From Gaiellaceae bacterium (lineage in GTDB: Bacteria > Actinomycetota > Thermoleophilia > Gaiellales > Gaiellaceae): a stretch of 27,216 nt of DNA. The position numbers and the translations under genes were made by a program. The stretch covers positions 1 through 27,216 of the forward strand of contig JBGPYI010000001.1 in assembly GCA_041493175.1 (NCBI GenBank). Reading direction: 5' to 3'. Below, in pieces: positions 8,960-17,081 of this stretch; position 1 is the first letter of the stretch; each line of letters starts with the position of its first letter. A model generated the notes under the pieces. It saw nothing but the letters and a program-made list of their open reading frames with translations. It was not told the origin of the DNA and searched no databases.

Positions 8960-11104
8960 CTACGGAATGCGTTCGAGGGGGGCGTAGTCGAGCATCAGAC
9001 GGCGCTCGCTTCCGTCCGCGAAGCGAACGGTGACGACGCCTCCGGCTTCGATCTGCGTCACGACGCCCTCGCCGAGCGTGCCGTGGCGGACCGAGTCCCC
9101 GGTGGAGAGCGAAGGAACGTCCTCGCGCGGCGCGACGCCCTGCGCGCCGTACGACGACCAGGATGCAGGCCGCAGACGTTCGCGTTCGATCGAGCTCGGC
9201 AGTTCGTCGAGGAAGCGCGAGGGGAGATTGTAGCCACGCGAGCCCCAGAGCGAGCGCGACGAGGCGTGCGTGAGCGTGAGCTGCTCGCGTGCGCGCGTCA
9301 TGCCGACGTACGCGAGCCGGCGTTCCTCTTCGATCCCCTGCTCCTCGATCGACCTGCTGTGCGGGAAGATTCCCTCCTCCATCCCAATCAGGTAAACGGC
9401 GCGAAATTCAAGGCCTTTGGCATTGTGGAGCGTCATCAACGTGACGAGGCTCTCCTCCCCGCGGATCGCATCCTGGTCCGAGTAGAGGGAGATCTCCTGC
9501 AGGAAGTGGGACAGCGACGGTTCCTCCGCTGTCTCCTGGTACTCGCGCGTGACGCCGACCAGCTCCTGCAGGTTCTCGAGCCGCCCCAGGGCTTCGATCG
9601 TGCGCTCCGCCTCCAGTGCCTCGAGAGAGCCGCTGCGCTCGAGCGTGCGCTCGAGGAGCTCCGAGACGGGGAACTCGAGGGCGCCGGACTGCAGCGACTG
9701 CATCAGGGTCCGGAATCCCTCCACCGCCCTGAGCGGAGCGGCGCCGACTCCCGCCTCCTCCGCGAACTCCATGGCCTCCCAGAGCGAGCGTCCCTGCGCG
9801 TCGGCCCAGGTCTGCAGACGTGCGAGGCTCGAGTCACCGATGCCGCGCCGCGGTCGGTTCGCTATCCGCTGCAACGAGACCGCGTCGTAAGGGTTGTCGA
9901 TCGCCTGGAGGTAGGCGATTGCGTCCTTGATCTCGGCGCGCTCGTAGAAGCGCGGGCCCCCGATGACCTGGTAGCCGACGCCCTGGCGAACGAGAACGTC
10001 CTCGAGCACTCGCGACTGCGCGTTCGTCCTGTAGAAGATCGCGACCTCGTCCCCGGAAAAGCCTTCTTCGACGAGCCCCGCGATGCCTGCGGCGACATAC
10101 CGCGCCTCGGCGTGCTCGTCCTCCACCTCCAGCACGCGGACCGGCTCGCCGTCGCCGAGCTCGGACCAGAGCTCCTTCGGCTTGCGCTCCCGGTTGTTGG
10201 TGATGACGGCGTTCGCCGCCTCGAGGATCGAGTTCGTCGAGCGGTAGTTCTGCTCCAGCGCGATCGTGCGCGTGCCGGGGAAGTCGCGCTCGAAGTCGAG
10301 GATGTTGTTGATGTCCGCGCCCCGGAAGGCGTAGATCGACTGGTCCGGGTCGCCCACCGCCATCAGATTCTGGTGCTTCTCGGCGAGCAGTTGCAGCAGC
10401 CGGTACTGAGCGTGGTTCGTGTCCTGGTACTCGTCGACCAGGATGTAGCGGAACGCCTTCTGCCACTTCTCGCGCACGTCCGGGAAGCGTTCCAGGACGT
10501 CGACGGTGAGCATGAGCAGATCATCGAAGTCGACGGCGTTCGAGGCGAAAAGGCGGCGTTGATACAGCTGGTAGACGTCCGCAACCGTCTGGTCGTAGAA
10601 CGACTGCACCTGGTTCGCGTACTCGTCCGGCGAGATCAACCGGTTCTTCGCGTGCGAGATCTGGTTGTGGATGCCACGCGGGGTGAAGCGCTTCGGGTCG
10701 CGCTCGAGCTCCTCCAGGCACTGCTTTACCAGTCGGATCTGGTCGGCCTGGTCGTAGATCGTGAAGTTCGAGCGGTAGCCGAGGCGCTGCGCCTCGCGCC
10801 GCAGGATGCGGCCGCACGCGGCGTGGAAGGTGAGGATCCAGAGCCCTTGGCCGCTGCGCCCGAGCAGCCGTTGCAGGCGCTCCTTCATCTCGCCCGCCGC
10901 CTTGTTCGTGAAGGTGATGGCGAGGATCTCGTTCGGCCTCGCACCGACCGCGTTGATGAGGTGCGCGACGCGATAGGTGAGGACGCGGGTCTTGCCGGAG
11001 CCGGCGCCGGCGATGACGAGCAGCGGCCCCTCGGTGGCAAGCACGGCCTCGCGCTGCGCGGGATTGAGGTCGGCGAGGTACTGCTCGGGCGAGGCGACGG
11101 CCAT
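8960..11104 (-). CDS. pcrA: ATP-dependent DNA helicase PcrA/UvrD
   Basis: AGAGSGKT, LVDEYQDTN, LEQNYRST, MTLHNAKGLEF, EERRLAYVGMTRA; C-terminal Tudor-like GDSVRHGTLGEG domain. Confidence 0.97.
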   Translation of the reverse strand: MAVASPEQYLADLNPAQREAVLATEGPLLVIAGAGSGKTRVLTYRVAHLINAVGARPNEILAITFTNKAAGEMKERLQRLLGRSGQGLWILTFHAACGRILRREAQRLGYRSNFTIYDQADQIRLVKQCLEELERDPKRFTPRGIHNQISHAKNRLISPDEYANQVQSFYDQTVADVYQLYQRRLFASNAVDFDDLLMLTVDVLERFPDVREKWQKAFRYILVDEYQDTNHAQYRLLQLLAEKHQNLMAVGDPDQSIYAFRGADINNILDFERDFPGTRTIALEQNYRSTNSILEAANAVITNNRERKPKELWSELGDGEPVRVLEVEDEHAEARYVAAGIAGLVEEGFSGDEVAIFYRTNAQSRVLEDVLVRQGVGYQVIGGPRFYERAEIKDAIAYLQAIDNPYDAVSLQRIANRPRRGIGDSSLARLQTWADAQGRSLWEAMEFAEEAGVGAAPLRAVEGFRTLMQSLQSGALEFPVSELLERTLERSGSLEALEAERTIEALGRLENLQELVGVTREYQETAEEPSLSHFLQEISLYSDQDAIRGEESLVTLMTLHNAKGLEFRAVYLIGMEEGIFPHSRSIEEQGIEEERRLAYVGMTRAREQLTLTHASSRSLWGSRGYNLPSRFLDELPSSIERERLRPASWSSYGAQGVAPREDVPSLSTGDSVRHGTLGEGVVTQIEAGGVVTVRFADGSERRLMLDYAPLERIP

Positions 11105-11110
11105 GGGTCG

Positions 11111-11116
11111 ATGCTA
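11111..11116 (-). promoter_or_regulatory. -10 element of a leaderless pcrA transcript
   Basis: TAGCAT, 6 nt, then ATG; no Shine-Dalgarno. Confidence 0.65.
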
Positions 11117-11306
11117 GCGAGGCCCTCTTGACCCAGCCGAGACCTGTCTCGCCCACCCATGCCGACGCGAGCCACGGCGGGGACTGTCCCCAACAGGTCC
11201 CGCGCGGACACTGGCCAAACCGGCTCGAACGGCCATGGAGTTCGTGCCGAAACTGTGACTTTTCTTCCACACACGCCGGCTGCGGACACGCATAGGCTTC
11301 CGCTTC

Positions 11307-12239
11307 GTGCGGCTCGCGCTCATGATCGAGGGGCAGGAGGGTGTGACCTGGGACGACTGGGTCGCGCTCGCGTCGGCCTGCGAGGAGAACGGCGTCGAGG
11401 CCCTCTTCCGCTCCGACCACTACATCTCATGGTTCGACGAGAGTCGTCGCGTCCTCGACGCGTGGGCGACGATCGCCGGCCTTGCGGCGCGCACGACGAA
11501 GCTCGAGCTCGGCACACTCGTGTCCCCCGCGACGTTCCGGCATCCGTCGGTCCTTGCCCGCTCTGCGGCGACGGCGGACGAGATCTCGGGCGGCGGACGC
11601 GTGACGCTGGGCATGGGAGCCGGCTGGCAGGACCGTGAGCACGAGGCGTACGGGTTCGAGTTCGGCACCGTGCGCGAGCGCGTCGCACGGCTCGGGGAGC
11701 AGCTCGAGATCGTGCACCGCCTCCTCCACGAGGATCGCGTCGACTTCGAAGGGACGTACTATCGCCTCAATGACGCGCCGGGCCTACGCCGGCCCGAGCT
11801 GCCGATCCTAGTCGGTGGCAGCGCGAAGCCCGGCACCGCCGGGCCCGCGGTCAGATTCGCCGACGAATACAACGCCCTGTTCGGCACGCTCGACGAGGTC
11901 CGCCAGCGCAAGCGGGCGCTCGACGAAGCTTGCGAGCGCGGGGGCCGCGATCCCTCCACCCTTCACTACTCGCTGATGGCGCCCTGCGTCATCGGGCGCA
12001 ACGAGCGGGAGGTGTCGGAGTCGGCGCGACGCATCGGCGCGCGCTTCGGACGGGACCCAGAAGAGGTGCTCGAGCGCCACCGGGAGCACGGCCCGGTCGG
12101 GACGATCGCTCAGGCGGTCGAGCGCCTCAAGCAGATCGGGGACATCGGCTACGAGCGCGTCATGCTGCAGCACCTCGCGCACGACGATCTGGACACGGTG
12201 GCCCTGATCGGGCGCGAGCTCGCGCCGGCCGTCGCGTAA
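11307..12239 (+). CDS. LLM-class (luciferase-like), probably F420-dependent, oxidoreductase
   Basis: MRLALMIEGQEG...LFRSDHY, LGTLVSPATFRHP, LGMGAGW, ILVGG; TAGGCT-N8-GTG start. Confidence 0.88.
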   Translation: MRLALMIEGQEGVTWDDWVALASACEENGVEALFRSDHYISWFDESRRVLDAWATIAGLAARTTKLELGTLVSPATFRHPSVLARSAATADEISGGGRVTLGMGAGWQDREHEAYGFEFGTVRERVARLGEQLEIVHRLLHEDRVDFEGTYYRLNDAPGLRRPELPILVGGSAKPGTAGPAVRFADEYNALFGTLDEVRQRKRALDEACERGGRDPSTLHYSLMAPCVIGRNEREVSESARRIGARFGRDPEEVLERHREHGPVGTIAQAVERLKQIGDIGYERVMLQHLAHDDLDTVALIGRELAPAVA

Positions 12240-12247
12240 CCGCTCCG

Positions 12248-12874
12248 TTGCGCGGCCCGCTCGAACGACTCTTCCCGAACCTCTCGCACGGACCGCGGGT
12301 GGTGACCGACTGGGTGATCACGATCGCGGGAGCGGTCCTGATCGTCCTCGCCGTCAAGGCCTGGGTCGTCAATCCGTATCGAATTCCGTCTCCATCGATG
12401 GAGCCGACACTCCACTGCGCCCGGCCCGAGCCCGACTGTGAGGCAGGCAACTCGGACCGCGTTCTGGCCAATCGGTTCATCTACCACTTCCACGCCCCGA
12501 GGAGAGGCGACATCGTCGTCTTTCACGCGCCGGACGCGGCCCGTCGCGAATGCATCGGCGGCATCTTCGTCAAGCGGATCGTCGGCCTGCCCGGCGAAGT
12601 CTGGTCGGAGCGAGACGGCGTGACGTACATCAATGGGCGCCGCCTTGCCGAGCCGTACATCGCTCCGGCACGCCGCGACCGCGACACGAAAGAGCTTGTC
12701 GACATTCTGCCGGTAGGCACGATGCGAAGGATCCCGCCACGGATGTACCTGGTGGAGGGAGACAACCGCGCGCACTCGTGCGACTCACGAGTCTGGGGGC
12801 TCGTGCCGCGCGCGAACATCATCGGCAAGGTCGTCCTGACCTACTGGCCGCTCAACAGGCTCGGCACGCCGTAA
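12248..12874 (+). CDS. lepB: Signal peptidase I
   Basis: One TM helix, YRIPSPSMEPTL (catalytic Ser), FVKRIVGLPGE (catalytic Lys), GDNR...DSR. Start uncertain (TTG 12248 or GTG 12299). Confidence 0.9.
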   Translation: MRGPLERLFPNLSHGPRVVTDWVITIAGAVLIVLAVKAWVVNPYRIPSPSMEPTLHCARPEPDCEAGNSDRVLANRFIYHFHAPRRGDIVVFHAPDAARRECIGGIFVKRIVGLPGEVWSERDGVTYINGRRLAEPYIAPARRDRDTKELVDILPVGTMRRIPPRMYLVEGDNRAHSCDSRVWGLVPRANIIGKVVLTYWPLNRLGTP

Positions 12875-12877
12875 GAA

Positions 12878-12901
12878 AGAGCCCCGCCGAGGCGGGGCTC
12901 T
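12878..12901. terminator. Terminator hairpin between convergent lepB and the small membrane gene
   Basis: AGAGCCCCGC-cgag-GCGGGGCTCT; U-rich tail (TTTCTT) on the minus strand. Confidence 0.8.
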
Positions 12902-12922
12902 CGACCGGACGTGATGCTCGAC

Positions 12923-13144
12923 CTAGTAGTCCTCGCGAACGACCGTCCGGCGCCGCCCCTCGGCAGGGCCGCCGAAGCCGCCCCAGCTCGACCAGAAGAT
13001 GAGCGAGAGCAGTGCGCCGATCGCGCCCACGGCGAGGAGGATCCAACCGATCGTGTGGATCTCGATGCCGCTGACCGTGGCGTTGACCGCCCAGACGAGG
13101 ACTGCTCCGACGGCGATGAGAAGAAGGCTGACCCCCATACCCAT
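12923..13144 (-). CDS. Small two-TM membrane protein (DUF6458-like)
   Basis: 73 aa, MGMGVSLLLIAVGAVLVWAV...LLSLIFWSSWGG; RBS GAAAGGAG before ATG. Confidence 0.75.
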   Translation of the reverse strand: MGMGVSLLLIAVGAVLVWAVNATVSGIEIHTIGWILLAVGAIGALLSLIFWSSWGGFGGPAEGRRRTVVREDY

Positions 13145-13230
13145 GATTTCGTCTCCTTTCCATAGGACAGCGGAGAGGAACTCTCCATGTCTGCAGGGAA
13201 ACGTCGAAACCCGCTGCGAAGATACGGGCT

Positions 13231-14004
13231 GTGGAGGAGCTCCAGGAACGACGCGCCTACCTGTGCAGGCTTACCCCGCCCCGAGCGCTCGAATCGCCGC
13301 AGGAAGCGCATGAGTTCCTCAGGGACCGTGGGATGCTCACGCGCACCCCGGACTCGGCGCTGCCCAGCTTGTTCGAGGCATGTCACGAGGAGCCGTACGC
13401 CGCCGGCAGCCGCGGCTTCGGCTCCTGGCCGGCCACGAAGTACCCGTGGTACTTCGAGCTTGCGGAGCGACCGGACGTGCACGAGCTCAAGATCCACAAC
13501 GGCAAGTCGATCCTGCTCACGGACGAGAGCCTCGCCCTGGTCGACTCGATCTGCCGCTCTGAACTCGCGCGGATGGAAGGCGAAGCCGAATGGGCACCGG
13601 TGCTCACCCACCTCGCGGCAGCCGGCCCGTCGACACTCGACGACTTGCAGACCGAGCTGGGCCTCAAGGGGAGGGAACTGAAGTCGTTGCGCGCACCGCT
13701 CGAGCGTTGCGGGGCGCTGGTTGCCCGAAGCCTGCGCGTCCGGCTGCCCGACGGTGGGCACCGGCATACGAGCGAGCTGCTGCGCTACGACCAGGCCTAT
13801 CCCGATCCGCGCGGCGAAGGCGGCATCGAGGAGCTCGTCGTCGCAGCAGTGCGCGCCGCAGTTGTCGCACCGGACCGCGAGATCACTCGCACGTGGTTCA
13901 GCTGGCGGTGGCTGTTCGACGACCACCTGGTCGAGCGGCTCGTCAGCGAGAGCCGGCTCGAGCGGATCGAGCCGGGCTGGGTGACAGCTCCAGCGTCCGC
14001 GTAG
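13231..14004 (+). CDS. Hypothetical protein with a central winged-helix; possibly AlkZ/YcaQ-related
   Basis: 257 aa with normal composition; wHTH-like VLTHLAAAGPSTLDDLQTELGL...LERCGAL. The family call is from memory and weak. Confidence 0.55.
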   Translation: MEELQERRAYLCRLTPPRALESPQEAHEFLRDRGMLTRTPDSALPSLFEACHEEPYAAGSRGFGSWPATKYPWYFELAERPDVHELKIHNGKSILLTDESLALVDSICRSELARMEGEAEWAPVLTHLAAAGPSTLDDLQTELGLKGRELKSLRAPLERCGALVARSLRVRLPDGGHRHTSELLRYDQAYPDPRGEGGIEELVVAAVRAAVVAPDREITRTWFSWRWLFDDHLVERLVSESRLERIEPGWVTAPASA

Positions 14005-15547
14005 CGCGAAAGCCGGCGAGGAAGCGCCGGTCGTGCGTTACGAGGAGAACCGTCCCGGGGAAACCGTCGAGCGCGCGCTCGAGCTCCTCGATCGCCGCTA
14101 CGTCTAGATGGTTCGTGGGCTCGTCGAGGACGAGACAGTTCACGCCCCGAGCAGCGAGGAGAGCAATCAAGGCGCGCGTGCGCTCGCCGGGCGAGAGCGA
14201 ACCTGCGTCGCGCAGTACGTGGTCGGCGCCGAGGCCGAACTTCGCGAGCAGCGTGCGGGCCGCTTCCTCGTTCACGCCCCCGGCCTTCGTGAATGCCGGC
14301 AGCAAGGGTCCGTGCGCGAGCTCGCTGCGCTGCTGGGCGACCTCGCCGAGCACGACGCCCGGGCCGAGCCGGCGCGTGCCTTCCACTAGGGGCACTCGTT
14401 CCAGGATCGCGTCGAGCAGTGTCGTTTTGCCGCTCCCGTTCGGGCCGACGATCGCGAGGCGATCGGCCCAGGAGAGCTCGAGGTCGAGCGGGCCGAGCCG
14501 GAACGAGCCGCGCTCGACCACCGCACCCTCGAGTCGAACGACGACATCGCCGCTGCGACTCTGCGGAGTCAGCTCGAGCCGGAGCTCCCACGGCTCGTAC
14601 GGCTTGTCGACTGCGCCGAGCCTTTCGATGCGGGCGCCGATCGACTTCTTCACGTCCTTGGTCTTCTTCTTCTTGCGACCCTGGCCGTAGCCCCGCTCTT
14701 CCCAGAGCTGCATCCGTCGCAGCTGCTCCTCGAGGCGGGCCTTCGCCCCCTCGTACACGCCGTAGGCCTCTGTTTGGCGGCGCAGCGCATGGGCGCGTGC
14801 CTGCTCGTACTCGCTCCAGCCTCCGGCGAACTCGGTCGCGTGATGCGTCCACTCGTCCAGTTCGACCACGCGCTCGACCGTGCGGTCGAGGAAGTCACGG
14901 TCGTGCGACACGACAACGACCGACGCTGGGAGATTCAGGACAAACTTCTCCAGGCGGTCGAGCCCTGCGAAGTCGAGATCGTTCGTGGGCTCGTCGAGCA
15001 GAAAGACGTCGAAGCGTGCAAGCAGCACGGCGGCCAGCTGGGCGCGCGCAGCCTCGCCTCCCGACAGCGCGCCAAGCGGTGCATCGAGCGGCGCGTTCAG
15101 ACCCACCTCCGCGCAAACGGTGGCGGCGCGGGCATCGAGATCGCCGCCGCCCAGCATCAGGAAACGGTCGAGCGCGGCGCCGTGACGTTCCGCCAGCTTC
15201 GGCTCTCCCTGGAGCCGTCGCGCAAGCTCGTCCATCTCCGCCGCCGCCGCCGCAACGCCTGTGCGGCGTGCGAGGTACGTGCCGAGCGACTCGGCGGAAC
15301 CCGCGTCCCGCTCCTGAGGCAGATAGCCGGCGGTGAGATCAGGGGGCAGGCGGCGCACCGTGCCGGCGTCGGGCTCCTCGAGGCCGGCGAGGATGCGCAG
15401 CAGCGTGGACTTGCCGGCGCCGTTCGGGCCGACAAGGCCGATGCGGCTGCCCGGCGGCACGACGAGCGTGACCTCGCTCAGAACGAGCTGCGCTCCGTGG
15501 TTCTTCGTAATGTTGGCTGCGGCGAGCGTGCCGCTCGAACGTTGCAA
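13943..15547 (-). CDS. ABC-F family ATPase (ribosome-associated, no TM domain)
   Basis: Two intact NBDs (GPNGAGKS / LSGGE / LLDEPTN / VSHDR and GPNGSGKT / LSPGE / VLDEPTN / VTHDR) joined by a charged helical linker; AGGAGG-5nt-TTG start. Confidence 0.9.
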   Translation of the reverse strand: MQRSSGTLAAANITKNHGAQLVLSEVTLVVPPGSRIGLVGPNGAGKSTLLRILAGLEEPDAGTVRRLPPDLTAGYLPQERDAGSAESLGTYLARRTGVAAAAAEMDELARRLQGEPKLAERHGAALDRFLMLGGGDLDARAATVCAEVGLNAPLDAPLGALSGGEAARAQLAAVLLARFDVFLLDEPTNDLDFAGLDRLEKFVLNLPASVVVVSHDRDFLDRTVERVVELDEWTHHATEFAGGWSEYEQARAHALRRQTEAYGVYEGAKARLEEQLRRMQLWEERGYGQGRKKKKTKDVKKSIGARIERLGAVDKPYEPWELRLELTPQSRSGDVVVRLEGAVVERGSFRLGPLDLELSWADRLAIVGPNGSGKTTLLDAILERVPLVEGTRRLGPGVVLGEVAQQRSELAHGPLLPAFTKAGGVNEEAARTLLAKFGLGADHVLRDAGSLSPGERTRALIALLAARGVNCLVLDEPTNHLDVAAIEELERALDGFPGTVLLVTHDRRFLAGFRATRTLELSPSPARSARAGSR

Positions 15548-15602
15548 GAGGACCTCCTAGGAAGGCGGAGCGGAAAGGTGTGTGTCTCGCCTAGGCCCTC
15601 AT
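15548..15602 (-). promoter_or_regulatory. Candidate translational-attenuator leader (uORF Met-Arg-Ala-stop plus SD-sequestering stem)
   Basis: ATG AGG GCC TAG at 15602-15591; GAGGGCCU pairs with AGGUCCUC, which overlaps the SD. Confidence 0.4.
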
Positions 15603-15630
15603 AGAACGGCGCGCAGCGCCGCCCACGATG

Positions 15631-16413
15631 CTAGCGGAGCGGAAGCGGCTTGCGAGCGAGGGCGGACAGCACCTGTGAGGTGACCCACACCGGCGTCGCC
15701 GTGTACCGCAGGCTGTAGCGGTAGCTGCCGTCCGGGCGTCGCAATCGCGACAGGTAGCGGAACGCGGCCGGCGGCGGCTTCGTGCCTGCGGCGAGGAAAC
15801 CCTGGATCGCAACGGCGGTCGACTGTGCATCGGATCCCCTCCCCCGCGCAAGCTCGAAGCCTCCGTCCTGCCGCTGGAAGGTGCGCAGAAAGGAGAGAGC
15901 GCGCGTCACGGGTCTGCCGCGTACGCCGGCAGATCGCAGCGCCTGAATCGCGAACGCGGTGTCGTTGGAGTCGGGCCGAACACCTCGCGCCCACGCGAAG
16001 CCGCCGCTCGGTGTCTGCGACCGGAGCACGTACGTCACGAGGGCGCGCGGCACCGGCTTGCGCGCCTGCCGCCGGGCCAGGATGTCCCAGACCGCCTCGT
16101 TGACGGCCTGCGGGCGGTCCGGCAGACGTGCGAGCAGGGGACCCGCATCGTGGCCGAGTGCGGATTCCGAGAGAGCGACGAGCGCGAGCGACGTCGGGCT
16201 CGCCGACTCGCGCTCGTGCGCCACGAGATACGACAGTGCGTTCCCCGCGTCAGCCCCACGCGCGCGGAGGCCGAGCACCGCCCAGGATGTGAGCTCGGGG
16301 GCCGAAGATCCGCCCGGCTCCGCGAATCCGCCGTCAGCCTGCTGCCGCGACTGGACGTACGAGACGGGGCCGGCCGCGATCGCGGCGGCGACGAGGACTG
16401 CGGCTAGACCCAC
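15631..16413 (-). CDS. Exported prenyltransferase/squalene-oxidase-repeat (alpha/alpha barrel) protein, last gene of the B12 operon
   Basis: Repeats QQADGGF, QTPSGGF, QRQDGGF, RRPDGSY; short hydrophobic leader; 10-nt overlap with the S-component stop. Confidence 0.8.
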   Translation of the reverse strand: MGLAAVLVAAAIAAGPVSYVQSRQQADGGFAEPGGSSAPELTSWAVLGLRARGADAGNALSYLVAHERESASPTSLALVALSESALGHDAGPLLARLPDRPQAVNEAVWDILARRQARKPVPRALVTYVLRSQTPSGGFAWARGVRPDSNDTAFAIQALRSAGVRGRPVTRALSFLRTFQRQDGGFELARGRGSDAQSTAVAIQGFLAAGTKPPPAAFRYLSRLRRPDGSYRYSLRYTATPVWVTSQVLSALARKPLPLR

Positions 16414-17081
16414 ACGACCTCCGTGTGCAGCTGGCGGCGGTAACGGTCGAGCAGGCGGCGCAGCTCCGGTCCGGCCGCCAGCGCGATGACGACGTTCCCG
16501 ATCGCGTGCGCGAGGTCAAACGGAAGCCCGCGCCCGTGAACTGCGACGAAGGTCTGCCAGGTGTGCACGTCGTAGAACGCGAGCCAGTTCCAGACGTCCA
16601 TGAACGCGCTGAAGGCCATGCCCAGCACGAAGCAGAACGCCGCGAGTGCATACCGGCGTCGCAACAGAGCAGGTGCCAGTGCGCCGGCAACACCGCAAGC
16701 ACCCCATGCCAGCATCTGCCAGGGCGTCCACGATCCCTGGCCGAGGAAGAAGTTCGACACGAACGCCGCGACAGCGCCGACCGCGAAGCCACTGCGCGCG
16801 CCCAGAGCCGCACCGGCGACGACGGTGATCACCGTCACGGGCTGCACGCCCGGGATGGCGGCGAACAGCACGCGCCCGGCGGCAGCAGCAGCGCCGAGCG
16901 TCGCGATCAGCACCAGCTCCTTCGAGGAGTCGGGACCCCGCTCGAGCCACGCAATGCCCGCGGCAAGAATCGCGAAGGCGACGAGCAGGAGAGACAACCC
17001 TTCGTGTGTCCGGTCGATCGCACTCCACATCGCGGCCGCGAACGTAACCGCCCCTGCAACCAGCAGTGCGGTCCTAGACAA
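16404..17081 (-). CDS. cbrT: ECF transporter S component, CbrT-like (cobalamin)
   Basis: KELVLIATLGAAAAAGRVLFAAIPGVQPVT and SNFFLGQGSWTPWQM...DLAHAIGN; about 6-7 TM segments; lies in a riboswitch operon. TTG start at 17081 overlaps the ATPase stop. Confidence 0.82.
   Translation of the reverse strand: MSRTALLVAGAVTFAAAMWSAIDRTHEGLSLLLVAFAILAAGIAWLERGPDSSKELVLIATLGAAAAAGRVLFAAIPGVQPVTVITVVAGAALGARSGFAVGAVAAFVSNFFLGQGSWTPWQMLAWGACGVAGALAPALLRRRYALAAFCFVLGMAFSAFMDVWNWLAFYDVHTWQTFVAVHGRGLPFDLAHAIGNVVIALAAGPELRRLLDRYRRQLHTEVVWV

Noticed and set aside
11117-11134. PafBC/RecA-NDp DNA-damage motif (TGTCGG-N10-TANNNT) upstream of pcrA
   Set aside because: Best match GGTCAA/GTCAAG is only about half of the consensus, with off-by-one spacing.
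13145-13230. SigB/SigF or ECF-sigma promoter between the DUF6458-like gene and the wHTH gene
   Set aside because: GTTT and GGGAAA elements are present but on incompatible strands or spacings.
15631-16413. Squalene-hopene cyclase or terpene biosynthesis gene
   Set aside because: Too short, no DxDD motif, has an export-like leader, and no isoprenoid genes are nearby.
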